64,000 nucleotides of DNA, taken from positions 2,814 to 66,813 of the forward strand of contig JAUNCZ010000010.1 in assembly GCA_030526405.1 (NCBI GenBank). The letters run 5' to 3'. The translations under genes were made by a program, and so were the position numbers. Origin of the DNA: Lachnospiraceae bacterium. Its GTDB lineage: Bacteria > Bacillota > Clostridia > Lachnospirales > Lachnospiraceae. Of this stretch, positions 40,010 to 50,021 are shown one piece after another. Below the pieces are notes generated by a model. The model was not told the origin of the DNA, did no database searches, and saw only the letters and a list, made by a program, of their open reading frames with translations. Each line of letters begins with the position of its first letter. Position 1 is the first letter of the stretch.

Positions 40010-40048
40010 TAAAAACCCCCGGAACTGTTTTCACAGCCCGGGGGTTTA
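40010..40048. terminator. bidirectional terminator between convergent genes
   Basis: AAAACCCCCGG ... CCCGGGGGTTT. Confidence 0.8.
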
Positions 40049-40091
40049 ACTTTCTGAAATTAACTGTTCAGTTTATCTTATGTACGGAAGA

Positions 40092-41717
40092 TCAACCCAG
40101 AACAAGTGGAGAGAAGATCAGGTACATAACAACTACTACCAGCACACCAGCGATAGCCCATGCTTTTCCTGTTTTCCAGTTGGACATGTCGATTGCAGGT
40201 ACATCTGGCATCTCGAAGTCCTCTTTCAGAGGTGCGAATTTTGCTACTGCGAAGTAGATTACGCACTGAACAAGGAAGCATACGAATACCCAGTACAGAT
40301 AGTGGATGTGCTCGAATACGAACAGGTATCCGATCGCGTACATTACGATATGAACAGGAACACCGATCTTTGGAGCGATTGGTGAAACTTTCTTGTTCAG
40401 CATACCGAAGAGTACTGCACAGAGGATTGGCATAGAGAACAGTCCCCAGCACTCGTTGATGAAGTTCATGATACCAGAACCGAAGTACATGATGAATGGG
40501 GAGATCAGGATACCAAGGATACCTACGATCAGACCGAAGATCTGACCAACTTTTACAACCTTCTTAGCATCTGCATTTTTGCCCCAGATTGGCTTCCAGA
40601 TGTTCAGAGAGAAGATTGTAGAAGCGGAGTTCAGTACAGAGTTGAAGGAGGACAGAATCGCTCCGAACATAACTGCTGCAAAGAATCCCATGAATACTTT
40701 AGGCATTACATGCATAACCAGAAGTGGGTAAGCAGAGTCTCCGTCGAAGGAAGCGCCTGAACCGATTGTCAGAACACCTGCCTGCATCAGCTGGTAAGCA
40801 ATGATACCTGGAATTACGATAACGAATACATCGAGACATTTGAAGAATCCAGCCCAGATCGCACCTTTCTGTGCCTCAGCCAGGTTCTTAGCACCCAGAG
40901 AACGCTGGATGATAGACTGGTTTGTTGACCAGTAGAACATGTTGTTTACAAACATACCTGTGAACAGCAGAGGCCATGGGATGTATGGAGCCATTGCGTT
41001 AGCAGAAGACCATGCATTCATTTTCTCTGGAGTTGCAGTAGCGAAATGCTGGATACCAGCGATCAGTCCGCCGCCATCAAGCTTTCCAAGAGCGATGAAT
41101 CCAAGAACTGGAACCATGAATCCACCGATCAGAAGACCAACACCGTTGATTGTGTCAGAGTAAGCAACCGCTTTCAGACCACCGAATACGGAGTAGCACA
41201 TACCGATGATACCAGTGGCGAAGCAAACGATCAGGATTGCTGTGAAGTAATTCAGATTCAGCATGCTCTGGATATCAAAGATTTTCTCAAGTGCAACAGA
41301 TCCGGAGTAGAGAATTGTTGGCAGCATTGTTACAACGTATGCAAACAGGAACATTACAGAGAACATACGCATTGTGAATGTGTCATAACGCATCTCATAG
41401 AACTGAGGGATAGTAGAGATATTACCTCTCAGAAATTTAGGAAGCAGTACAAATGCCAGAATGATCAGAGCAAATGCAGAAGTTGCCTCCCAGGCCATTG
41501 TAGCCATGGAGCCGGAGAACGCCTGTCCGTTGGTACCTACCAGCTGCTCAGCTGAAAGGTTTGTCATCATCAGAGAACCTGCGATAACGATACCCGGAAG
41601 ACTGTGTCCAGCGACGAAGTATCCCTCCTCTGTATCGAGCTTCTCATCACGGGTTTTCCACCAGGATAATACAGCTACGAAAACAGTAAAAAGGACAAAC
41701 TCAATTGCAGTTAACAT
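40092..41717 (-). CDS. sodium:solute symporter (SSS) family transporter
   Basis: 541 aa, about 13 TM, SSS-type N-terminal pattern (GYFVAGHSL). The substrate is unknown. Confidence 0.8.
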   Translation of the reverse strand: MLTAIEFVLFTVFVAVLSWWKTRDEKLDTEEGYFVAGHSLPGIVIAGSLMMTNLSAEQLVGTNGQAFSGSMATMAWEATSAFALIILAFVLLPKFLRGNISTIPQFYEMRYDTFTMRMFSVMFLFAYVVTMLPTILYSGSVALEKIFDIQSMLNLNYFTAILIVCFATGIIGMCYSVFGGLKAVAYSDTINGVGLLIGGFMVPVLGFIALGKLDGGGLIAGIQHFATATPEKMNAWSSANAMAPYIPWPLLFTGMFVNNMFYWSTNQSIIQRSLGAKNLAEAQKGAIWAGFFKCLDVFVIVIPGIIAYQLMQAGVLTIGSGASFDGDSAYPLLVMHVMPKVFMGFFAAVMFGAILSSFNSVLNSASTIFSLNIWKPIWGKNADAKKVVKVGQIFGLIVGILGILISPFIMYFGSGIMNFINECWGLFSMPILCAVLFGMLNKKVSPIAPKIGVPVHIVMYAIGYLFVFEHIHYLYWVFVCFLVQCVIYFAVAKFAPLKEDFEMPDVPAIDMSNWKTGKAWAIAGVLVVVVMYLIFSPLVLG

Positions 41718-41952
41718 AGTTTCTTCCTCCTTTAAAAAATGATTACCAATATTGACAATAACTTGTCACTCACCTGTCCTAGTTTATTAAAAATTCATAA
41801 AAATATCTATACAAATATAATATGAAAAGATACAACAGATATGGTGTAGCAATTGTGCAAAAATAACAAAACAAATGTGAATTTATTAATAATAATGACT
41901 ATTAAATCATTTGTTTATTGAAAAATCAGGATATTTTCACCAGAAAAAGGGC

Positions 41953-41981
41953 TTGAAAAAAATGATTAATCTGACTATACT
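41953..41981 (+). promoter_or_regulatory. promoter of the lipoprotein gene
   Basis: TTGAAA, 17-nt spacer, TATACT. Implies a ~150-nt 5' UTR. Confidence 0.5.
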
Positions 41982-42138
41982 TTGCGATAATCAGGGAGAT
42001 ACTGTCCCTGCTGTACCAAAATATCTGATCCATCGGCAATTTGAACAGAAATGCCGGAGGGGGGCTGTGTGGGAATGCAGGTCCCGGACAAAAGAATCAG
42101 ATAGTTTAGTAAATAATAGGATTACGACAGGAGAAGTG

Positions 42139-42816
42139 ATGAAGAAGAGAATTGTATTGATCTGTACAGCAGCTGTGCTGGCAGCGGGACTGTTTACAGG
42201 CTGTGGAAAAAAGGATACCAGCATGACAGATTACGATGCGGTGGCAATTGAGAGTGATCTGGATATTTCAGGAAACTGGGTTGCACCGGGAAGAGAATTT
42301 TCCATAGAATTTGATGGAGAGGGATCATTTACAGAGAAGGAGAAGCTGAGCAAAACTCAGGGCACCTATCAGTTTATGGATAAGAACGCTTCCTTTGTGA
42401 TCGGAGACCGGTTTGAGGAGATTCATTATATCTCCTGCGTGGATGAGAAGGAGAAGGCATTTTTCACAGGCGCAGTTCTGGGAGATCTGATCTCCGGCTA
42501 CAATGAGACCCAGAGACTGGAGCGTTACTATGTAAAGCAGGGCAGGGAAGAGGTACCTGCAGAGGAGCTGCTGGGCTGCTGGCAGGATGTAAATGGAAAG
42601 AAGGATGCCTATTACTGTGATCTCAGAGAGGACGGCACCCTGAAAACCACTGACTGGGAGGGTACCTATGAGATTACCACCAGTGAGGAGTATGGTACCA
42701 CTCTCGTGTTCCATTTTGAGAACTACGATGAGGAGTACGCGGCAGTGCGTTACGAGAAATATCTGTTCCTGTACAGAGTAGGAACCAGCAACGTATTCCA
42801 GATGGAGAAGAAATAA
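42139..42816 (+). CDS. lipoprotein of unknown function
   Basis: MKKRIVLICTAAVLAAGLFTGC signal peptide with lipobox. AGGAGAAG RBS before ATG 42139. The ORF-track start at 41911 is rejected. Confidence 0.75.
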   Translation: MKKRIVLICTAAVLAAGLFTGCGKKDTSMTDYDAVAIESDLDISGNWVAPGREFSIEFDGEGSFTEKEKLSKTQGTYQFMDKNASFVIGDRFEEIHYISCVDEKEKAFFTGAVLGDLISGYNETQRLERYYVKQGREEVPAEELLGCWQDVNGKKDAYYCDLREDGTLKTTDWEGTYEITTSEEYGTTLVFHFENYDEEYAAVRYEKYLFLYRVGTSNVFQMEKK

Positions 42817-42870
42817 TACAGAAAACAGAAGCATCTGCTGCTGTTCTGTAAGAAACAGAGCAGCAACGGA

Positions 42871-42927
42871 AAAAGGCAGAAAACAGACAGCTTCCAGGTA
42901 CAGAGCTGACTGTTTTTCTGCCTTTTT
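42871..42927 (+). terminator. terminator
   Basis: AAAAGGCAGAAAACAG ... CTGTTTTTCTGCCTTTTT. Confidence 0.8.
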
Positions 42928-43060
42928 ATGTTATAATGATTCCTGTAAACCAATGTTACCTGTGAAGCAGTGAAGAAATACTTCCTGTTAACAGTAGATG
43001 GGAAGATGTCCGCTTTACAAGGGAGAAGATACTTCCCAACCAAAAAAGAAAGGAATAGGT

Positions 43061-43783
43061 ATGACTGCTTCTATCGTGTTCGTTGTGGTGCTGACCCTTG
43101 CAAACATACTGCAGGCGGTTACTGGCTTTGCCGGGGCACCCCTGTCCATGCCCATCTGTATTGCCCTTCAGGGGATCAACGATGCAAAGGCTTCCATCAC
43201 ACTGATCTTTCTTCTGTCCGGGGCAGTGGTTGCCTTGCAGAATATCAGAGTGATCAATCCCAGAAAACTGGGAACCATGCTGTTTTTTATGGGAATCGGA
43301 CTGGTTCCCGGTCTGTGGCTCTTTGAACGCCTGCCGGTAAAGAGTCTGATGATCCTGTACGGAATCATCGTGATCCTCATCGGAATGGTGAAACTGATTT
43401 CCCGGAATCCCGCTGAGATGCCAAAGCCACTGAAGCTTCTGGCCATCATCCTGGCGGGGATGATGCAGGGGATGTTCACCAGCGGAGGCCCGTTTCTGGC
43501 GCTGTACGCCACAGCGGAGCTTAAGGACAAGCAGGAATTTCGTGCCACGGTATCCTCCGTGTGGGCCATCCTGAACATCTTTCTCTGCAGTAAGATGTAT
43601 GGAAAGGGCATGTATACCCCCAATGCCATCCGTCTGTTTCTCCTGTCAGTGATTCCTGTATTTGGTGCCATTGCAGTGGGAAACAGAATTGCAAAACGTA
43701 TCAGACCGGAAACATTTTTGAGACTGGTATATGTATTGCTGATCCTGTCAGGAGGAATCCTTCTGCTGAATGCACTTGGCTGA
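43061..43783 (+). CDS. TauE/SafE-family anion exporter-like membrane protein
   Basis: About 240 aa, 7-8 TM, family-like pattern. ATG 43061 follows AAAGGAA. Confidence 0.7.
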   Translation: MTASIVFVVVLTLANILQAVTGFAGAPLSMPICIALQGINDAKASITLIFLLSGAVVALQNIRVINPRKLGTMLFFMGIGLVPGLWLFERLPVKSLMILYGIIVILIGMVKLISRNPAEMPKPLKLLAIILAGMMQGMFTSGGPFLALYATAELKDKQEFRATVSSVWAILNIFLCSKMYGKGMYTPNAIRLFLLSVIPVFGAIAVGNRIAKRIRPETFLRLVYVLLILSGGILLLNALG

Positions 43784-43794
43784 AGCTCATTTCG

Positions 43795-44397
43795 TCAGTG
43801 AAGGTGGGTTCTGATAATGGACCGGATCGCCTCATTCAGGTGGGGCAGCAGCTGTTCCAGAGGAATGGGAGCATTTTCCATAATGGCACTGTAGGTGGTG
43901 GAATTTGTCATCTCCACTATGATAAATGCCATGATCTCGGGGTTTTTTACAGTTACTCCACAATCCTGTACAACAGACTCAAAAATCTCACGACCGCTGA
44001 TGCGCTCCTCCAGAACATCGTTGTTCAGCAGGTGCTTAAACAGTCCCCAGCTGAGGTTTTTGGCAATAAAACGCTGAAGGGGTTTGTTCTTTGACAACTC
44101 CAGTACAATGTGATCGATGATAAAGATGATCTTATCTTCAAAGCCGGTGATTTCCCTGTGGTGCTGCAGTTCCTGGTGGGCTGCAGAAAACAGGCGCCGG
44201 GACCAGAGAATCACAAGATAGTCTCTGATAGCGGTTTTATCCCTGAAATAGAGATAAAAGGTTCCCTTGGCAACATTGGCATTGTTGGTGATATCACTGA
44301 TAGAGGTTTCCTCCACACCCTTGCTCAGAAAAAGCTCCTGGGCACTGTTCAACAGATTCTCGAATTTCTGTTGCTTGTTTTTTTCGATCTTTCCCAT
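43795..44397 (-). CDS. TetR/AcrR-family transcriptional regulator
   Basis: N-terminal HTH (SISDITNNANVAKGTFYLYF). Confidence 0.85.
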   Translation of the reverse strand: MGKIEKNKQQKFENLLNSAQELFLSKGVEETSISDITNNANVAKGTFYLYFRDKTAIRDYLVILWSRRLFSAAHQELQHHREITGFEDKIIFIIDHIVLELSKNKPLQRFIAKNLSWGLFKHLLNNDVLEERISGREIFESVVQDCGVTVKNPEIMAFIIVEMTNSTTYSAIMENAPIPLEQLLPHLNEAIRSIIRTHLH

Positions 44398-44414
44398 ACA
44401 TTACACCTCTGCTT

Positions 44415-45221
44415 TCAGTCCAGAGACTCCAGCAGCCCTTTCAACTCCTGAAGAACTCCATTCTTTGTATAATCCGGGATCACTCGGCAGGCTGCAGCCT
44501 TTACAGCAGGCTTTGCATTGTCCACAGCAATTCCCACACCGGCAAACTGGATCATGGACAGATCATTCATATTGTCTCCAAAGGCCATCACCTGGGAGGG
44601 GGCAATGTGCAGTTCCTGGCACAGCCTCTCCAGAGCAGGTCCCTTGCCATTTCCAAAGGGTACCAGATCCACCCAGTTTTTCCCTGCAGTCAGCACCTGG
44701 AGACGGTTCTGCCATTCCCTGTTCAGATGAAGGGCAGCAAACTGCTCTGCATCCTCCGGGTGATACAGGGTGATCATGGTATAGATGGTATCAGGGGAAG
44801 GTGGATTCCAGCCCTCTGTCACACGGACCTGACAGTGATACTCCTGGGTAAGACGCTGACAGAGAGAATCATCCCGGAAGGGAATATTGCAGTACTCCGG
44901 ATCATAGGCGATTCCGCCGGGAGCCTGGATCTCCTGCAGCTCCTGCCAGAACTCTCTGACCCACTCATAGGGCACCGGATGGGGAGCGATGATCTGATCC
45001 CCTTTTTTCACAAGACTTCCGTTCTGGGACAGGAACCAGATATCCTCCTTCACTGGGGCAAATGCCACCTCAAGACTGGAAATATGACGGCCGCTGGCTG
45101 CCACAAAGACAATTCCCTTCTCCTGAAGTCTTCGGATTATATCAAAATACTCAGTATTCAGTTCTGTGCTTCCTTCTTTTACAATGGTTTCATCCACATC
45201 AGTAACTACTAAACGGATCAT
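44415..45221 (-). CDS. Cof-type HAD-IIB hydrolase
   Basis: VVTDVDETIV (DxDxT), ASGR, GDNMND. Confidence 0.85.
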   Translation of the reverse strand: MIRLVVTDVDETIVKEGSTELNTEYFDIIRRLQEKGIVFVAASGRHISSLEVAFAPVKEDIWFLSQNGSLVKKGDQIIAPHPVPYEWVREFWQELQEIQAPGGIAYDPEYCNIPFRDDSLCQRLTQEYHCQVRVTEGWNPPSPDTIYTMITLYHPEDAEQFAALHLNREWQNRLQVLTAGKNWVDLVPFGNGKGPALERLCQELHIAPSQVMAFGDNMNDLSMIQFAGVGIAVDNAKPAVKAAACRVIPDYTKNGVLQELKGLLESLD

Positions 45222-45472
45222 AGTTTCTCTCCTTACTCAATATCTGATATGTATTGTAGCAAAGAATAAAAATGAATGCAAAACCAAAAGCAACAGGGGG
45301 AAGAAATTGCATTTTCCCCAAAACAGGGGTATGCTACAGATAATACTGCAGAAAAAATGACAGAGAAAACTGATTCATTCTGAGGAGGAATTCTGCTGTG
45401 GATGGATAGAACCAGAGACAAGAAGGAATCAGGAATACGAAAGCATCAGAGAGAAGGAGCGGATCAAAAAAT

Positions 45473-46534
45473 ATGGGAAAAGTGTTAAACTGGGCTGTGG
45501 CAGGTACCGGATGGATCGCCACAGATATGGCGGAGATTCTGAAGGAGCATGGAAGAGGGTTTTACGGTGTAGCAAGCGGACATGTGGAGAATGCACGGCA
45601 CTATGCAGAGAAGTATCAGGTTCCCCGGGTGTATGAGACCATAGAGCAGCTCTGCGCAGATCCGGCGGTGGATGTGGTGTATGTGGCCACACCCCACAAT
45701 ACGCATTTTGAAATCGCAAAAAAGGCATTGACTGCAGGAAAGCACTGCCTTATTGAAAAATCCATTACATTGAACAGCAGAGAGCTGGAGGAACTGGTTG
45801 CCATTGCCAATGAACAGCAGCTGTGTATCGCTGAGGCCATGACCACCTGGCATATGCCGGTGATGAAGGAACTGAAGATACTGGTGGACAGTGGGATTCT
45901 TGGCAGGGTTCAGGTCATCAATGTGAATTTTGGAAGCATGAAGCCCTACGATATGGAAAACAGATTTTTTAATCTGAAATATGCCGGAGGGGCCCTGCTG
46001 GATATCGGTGTATATGCCCTGTCAGCCATTCGTCTGTTTCTGGAGGAGAAGCCCACAGAGGTGCTGAGTCAGTGGAAGCTGTGCCAGGCGGGCTCTGATG
46101 AGGAGGAGACCATTCTTCTGAAAAATGCTGCCGGTCAGATGGCAGCAGCGGTGGTATCTCTCCATTCCAAACAGCCAAAGAGAGCCATGATCAGCTGTGA
46201 GAAGGGCTTCATTGAGATCATGGAGTATCCTAGGGCAAAGAGAGCGGAGATTACCTTTGCTGACACAGGAGAGAAGCAGATCCTGGAGCTGGGAGATCCG
46301 AAGGATGCACTGTACTATGAGGTGCAGGACTTTGAGGCAGTTGTCCGGCAGTGGGCGGCAGCCTGTGAGGCAGCGGGTGAAAGGGCAGCAGAGTGTACAG
46401 AGGATGCCCCTGAAAGGGATGCCATGAATCAGAGGATGGGGGCCATGCAGCTTCAGTACACAAGAGAGAATATGGAAGTGATGACAGAACTCCGCAAACA
46501 GTGGAATATGAAATATCCCGGGGAGGTATGGTAG
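45473..46534 (+). CDS. Gfo/Idh/MocA-family oxidoreductase
   Basis: NWAVAGTGWIA Rossmann N-terminus and the EKS/EKP-type motif (LIEKSI). Confidence 0.85.
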   Translation: MGKVLNWAVAGTGWIATDMAEILKEHGRGFYGVASGHVENARHYAEKYQVPRVYETIEQLCADPAVDVVYVATPHNTHFEIAKKALTAGKHCLIEKSITLNSRELEELVAIANEQQLCIAEAMTTWHMPVMKELKILVDSGILGRVQVINVNFGSMKPYDMENRFFNLKYAGGALLDIGVYALSAIRLFLEEKPTEVLSQWKLCQAGSDEEETILLKNAAGQMAAAVVSLHSKQPKRAMISCEKGFIEIMEYPRAKRAEITFADTGEKQILELGDPKDALYYEVQDFEAVVRQWAAACEAAGERAAECTEDAPERDAMNQRMGAMQLQYTRENMEVMTELRKQWNMKYPGEVW

Positions 46535-46670
46535 GAAAGCCACAGGAGCAGTTATTGACAAACGGGTCAGAAACCAGTATAAAGGTTTCTATAGGATCCG
46601 TCATTTGTGTCCTTCAAAAGGAAAGGCACAACAGCGGATACAGGAATAATCAACAGAAGGAGATACTGCA

Positions 46671-47171
46671 ATGTTTGAAAAAGTAAATGTATACGATCTG
46701 CAGCTGAATCCATTTCAGGAGATCGGAAAAAACTGGACACTGATCTCAGCAGCAGTGGATGGAAAAGTAAATACCATGACAGCAAGCTGGGGAAATATGG
46801 GTGTGCTCTGGGGGAAAGAGGCACTGACTGTGTATATCCGTCAGTCCCGTTACACAAAGGAGTTTGTGGATGCCCAGGAGTACTTCACAGTAAGCCTTTT
46901 TGATGAGGATAAGAAGAAACCTCTGGGACTTCTCGGAAAGAAATCCGGTCGTGACGGAGATAAGATCGCTGAGGCTGGTTTCCACGTAACTATGGTGGAG
47001 GGACAGCCTGCATTCGAAGAGAGTAAGATGGTATTTGTCTGCAGGAAAATGTACCAGGCAGACATGCCAAAGGCAGCTATGCCGGAGGAGGCCATCAAGG
47101 CATATTACCCAGACGATGATATCCACACCATGTACATCGGTGAGATCGTTGCCTGCTACGTAAATAAATAA
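46671..47171 (+). CDS. flavin reductase-like domain protein
   Basis: 166 aa with a flavin_reduct-like pattern (NTMTASWG). AAGGAG RBS. Confidence 0.75.
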   Translation: MFEKVNVYDLQLNPFQEIGKNWTLISAAVDGKVNTMTASWGNMGVLWGKEALTVYIRQSRYTKEFVDAQEYFTVSLFDEDKKKPLGLLGKKSGRDGDKIAEAGFHVTMVEGQPAFEESKMVFVCRKMYQADMPKAAMPEEAIKAYYPDDDIHTMYIGEIVACYVNK

Positions 47172-47186
47172 CGGGAACCACTTCAA

Positions 47187-47219
47187 GCAGCCCCTGCCTT
47201 CAAAGGCGGGGGCTGTTTG
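47187..47219 (+). terminator. terminator
   Basis: GCAGCCCCTGCC-TTCAAA-GGCGGGGGCTGT followed by TT. Confidence 0.7.
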
Positions 47220-47429
47220 CATCAGCAGGAGGAAATGCTCCTGCTGATAAGCTGACGAAGACAGCAGCATACTATTATCGCGACAGGTTCCAGGAGCCAC
47301 TATTCCTTCTGGTGTTAAAAAGTTGTCCATGTTTATAGAAATTTCATAATATTCATAAAAGGTTCGTTGGACATATATCTGTACTAAATGATACAATTGC
47401 CCCATTGAGAGATAATGGAGGACGAATGA

Positions 47430-47900
47430 ATGAACAGTACAGAAATTTCAAGAGAGGATCTGTTGCGCAACACAGATGCCATTCTTCATGTGAGGGAGGG
47501 AGTTCTGAAAAAGAAAATCAAATCCCTCTATACAAGAATGGCCATCGATGACTGTTATTTTTTAAAGCAGGTCTGGCCGGAGATCCGCACATCTGAGGAG
47601 AAACCACGGGAGCAGGTGTATTTATCCACCCTGCAGGCAAATTCAGGACTTCCCATGTCTGAGATTTCCCAGACTGTGGAACGGATGAATAACAAGGGAC
47701 TGATTATCTGGGAGAGAGGCAGTTCAGGTACCTATATTAAGCTCAGTGATAAGGGGTTCAGAGAATTCCGTGCACAGCAGGATATCATGTTCGGCTATGT
47801 GGAGCGAATCATCAGAAAGCTTGGCAAGGATCATCTGAGAGAGATCGTTGCAGCCTTAAGTGAGTTGGAGTCGGTTCTGGAAAGCGAGCTGCCGGAATAA
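47430..47900 (+). CDS. MarR-like winged-helix transcriptional regulator
   Basis: 156 aa. The central LSTLQANSGLPMSEISQTVERMNNKGLIIWER resembles a wHTH. Confidence 0.55.
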   Translation: MNSTEISREDLLRNTDAILHVREGVLKKKIKSLYTRMAIDDCYFLKQVWPEIRTSEEKPREQVYLSTLQANSGLPMSEISQTVERMNNKGLIIWERGSSGTYIKLSDKGFREFRAQQDIMFGYVERIIRKLGKDHLREIVAALSELESVLESELPE

Positions 47901-47987
47901 AGAATTGAAAAAAACCACATATCCCTGCCTTTTGGCAGTGTTATCATGTAAAAAGGAATGGTACACTGGCGGTACGAGGTGAATGCT

Positions 47988-48377
47988 ATGTGGAATACGT
48001 TTAACATAATTACTACAGCAATATCTTTTATATCACCGGTTTTAATGATCTTCCTCACAGGATTTCTGATCTATGCAGTGCTCAGAGGGGTGATGGACTG
48101 GAATAACAATCGCCATTCCCAGGTGACCGTGGTCAAGGCAGGTGTGATTTCAAAGAAAGAGGATGAGGTGCAGCATTATGATGCACAGACGGGTGCTCTG
48201 AATGGGGTTACCTCTTCTTACTATGTGTTTTTCCAGGTGGAGGATGGTGGTGAGGTTCTCAGATTTCATGTAAGTCTCAGAGAGTTCAGAAAATTGTCAG
48301 AGGGCGACAGGGGAGAACTGAAGTATCAGGGCTCCAGATTTATCGGATTCGAAAAAAAACCTATCAATAAATTGTAA
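47988..48377 (+). CDS. DUF2500-like single-pass membrane protein
   Basis: N-terminal TM helix plus a beta-rich C-terminal domain. ATG 47988 is preferred. Confidence 0.6.
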   Translation: MWNTFNIITTAISFISPVLMIFLTGFLIYAVLRGVMDWNNNRHSQVTVVKAGVISKKEDEVQHYDAQTGALNGVTSSYYVFFQVEDGGEVLRFHVSLREFRKLSEGDRGELKYQGSRFIGFEKKPINKL

Positions 48378-48401
48378 AAGGGGCGTTCTGCCCCTTTTTT
48401 C
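48376..48401 (+). terminator. terminator
   Basis: AAAAGGGGC-GTTCT-GCCCCTTTTTT. Confidence 0.8.
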
Positions 48402-48479
48402 TTCACATTTCTATGGTAGAATGATGGCAGTGTATGCCGAGGCATATTGAATAAAAACACTTACTTTGGAGGTTATTTC

Positions 48480-48965
48480 ATGAAAAAAACAGTAATTACA
48501 GCTTTTGTACTTTCTCTTGCACTGGGGCTTTCTGCCTGTGGTGGCAAGACACCTTCCTCCTCTGATAATTCCTCCTCCCAGGAGATCGTTGCGGGGGATA
48601 CAATGGGAAGCAAGTATCTGGCAGAATTTGCCAATTCTGACAAAGAGACAGCTGCAGATTGTGTAAAAGAACTGCTGGACCTGAAGGCATCTGAAGCGGA
48701 GCTTGTGGAAATGGAAGTAGAAGAGGGATATCTTCCTGGCTTTGATGAGGAGATTTCCGGTTTTACAACAGGTGTGCAGTTTGCTCCCATGATCGGAACG
48801 ATCCCCTTTGTGGGCTATGTGTTTGAGTCAGAGGATCCGGAGGCTCTTCTGAAATCTCTGAAGGATACTGCCAATCCTGCATGGAATATCTGTACCGAGG
48901 CGGAGGAAACAGTAAGCTACGTCCGGGGAAATCTGGTATTCTTCCTGATGTGCCCGGGTGAGTAA
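48480..48965 (+). CDS. lipoprotein of unknown function
   Basis: MKKTVITAFVLSLALGLSAC lipobox. GGAGG RBS before ATG 48480. Confidence 0.75.
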   Translation: MKKTVITAFVLSLALGLSACGGKTPSSSDNSSSQEIVAGDTMGSKYLAEFANSDKETAADCVKELLDLKASEAELVEMEVEEGYLPGFDEEISGFTTGVQFAPMIGTIPFVGYVFESEDPEALLKSLKDTANPAWNICTEAEETVSYVRGNLVFFLMCPGE

Positions 48966-49077
48966 TGTTGTTAACCATCCATCGTCTGGAGGGAAGGGTG
49001 CTGCGGCCATTCATGTCGACCCTTGCGGAGACCTGGGCAGCAACGACCTGTTTCCCGAAGAGAAAGGAAGTTTATGA

Positions 49078-49977
49078 ATGAAGATCAATAAGCATCTGCT
49101 GCAGTTCCTGGCAGCTCTCTGGATTCTGGCTTTCCATCTCTGGATCAGCGTTACAGGCACTGTGGGAGAGGCATTTCTCGTCAGAATCGGATATGTGGGA
49201 GTGGATCTGTTTTTCTTTGTATCTGCCTTTTCTCTGGCAGACAAAGAGCTCCGATATGGGGAATTTCTGAAGAACAGATTCTCCCTGATCTATCTGAAAT
49301 TCCTTATTTTTACAGCTGCAGCAGCCCTGTATAAGAGCTGGGGGCTGACAAAATTTCTGAAGACAGCCTTTTTTATCAGCTTCTTTGAAAGGGGCGGTGG
49401 CTCCTTCCTGTGGTTTGCACCGGCAATCCTGCTGTTTTATGTGTTGTATCCGCTGTTCCTGAAGTGGAACTGGAAATACAAAGTCCCGGCTGTTCTGGCC
49501 CTCTGGCTCCTGCTGAGCATTCTTCTGGAGGGGGTATTTGGCTATACAAAGGTATTTATCTTTACCAACAGAATTCCGGTGATCCTGGCTGGATATGTGC
49601 TGAAGCGCCATTCAATAAAGAAGCAGCTGTATCTGCCCTCCCTTGCCCTGGGTCTGGTGCTGCTGTATTTCTATGGATTCACCATCAAATGCAATATTCC
49701 GGTGAGAGACAGTTTTTATGTACTGGCGATTCCTGTGGTGGTGGGATTGGCCGGAATCAGCGGCTATGTGAAGCAGTGTGGATTTGTAACAATGACAGCA
49801 GGCGCTACCTTTGAAATGTATGCAGTGCAGATGATATGGGGAGCGGAACTGGTCCGTCTGTTTTACAGAACCACAGGCAGCCCATTGGCTGCCAATCTGC
49901 TGGTTTTCCTGTCTGTAGTGGGATGTTCCGTGGTTCTGTCGAAGGTGTTTTCCCAGGTGAGAAAGCTCCTGATTTAA
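49078..49977 (+). CDS. acyltransferase-3 family membrane protein
   Basis: 299 aa, polytopic, with an N-terminal pattern (L.AL.ILAFHLW, GYVGVDLFFF.SAF) typical of OafA-like acyltransferases. Confidence 0.7.
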   Translation: MKINKHLLQFLAALWILAFHLWISVTGTVGEAFLVRIGYVGVDLFFFVSAFSLADKELRYGEFLKNRFSLIYLKFLIFTAAAALYKSWGLTKFLKTAFFISFFERGGGSFLWFAPAILLFYVLYPLFLKWNWKYKVPAVLALWLLLSILLEGVFGYTKVFIFTNRIPVILAGYVLKRHSIKKQLYLPSLALGLVLLYFYGFTIKCNIPVRDSFYVLAIPVVVGLAGISGYVKQCGFVTMTAGATFEMYAVQMIWGAELVRLFYRTTGSPLAANLLVFLSVVGCSVVLSKVFSQVRKLLI

Positions 49978-50021
49978 TACGTGTTGAAAGGCACCTGAAG
50001 TCAAAGGCAGGTGAGATCATC

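Noticed and set aside
41911-42138. N-terminal 76-codon extension of the lipoprotein ORF given in the ORF track.
   Set aside because: The extension overlaps the promoter, has no RBS and would bury the signal peptide. ATG 42139 with AGGAGAAG and an MKKR..LFTGC lipobox is the real start.
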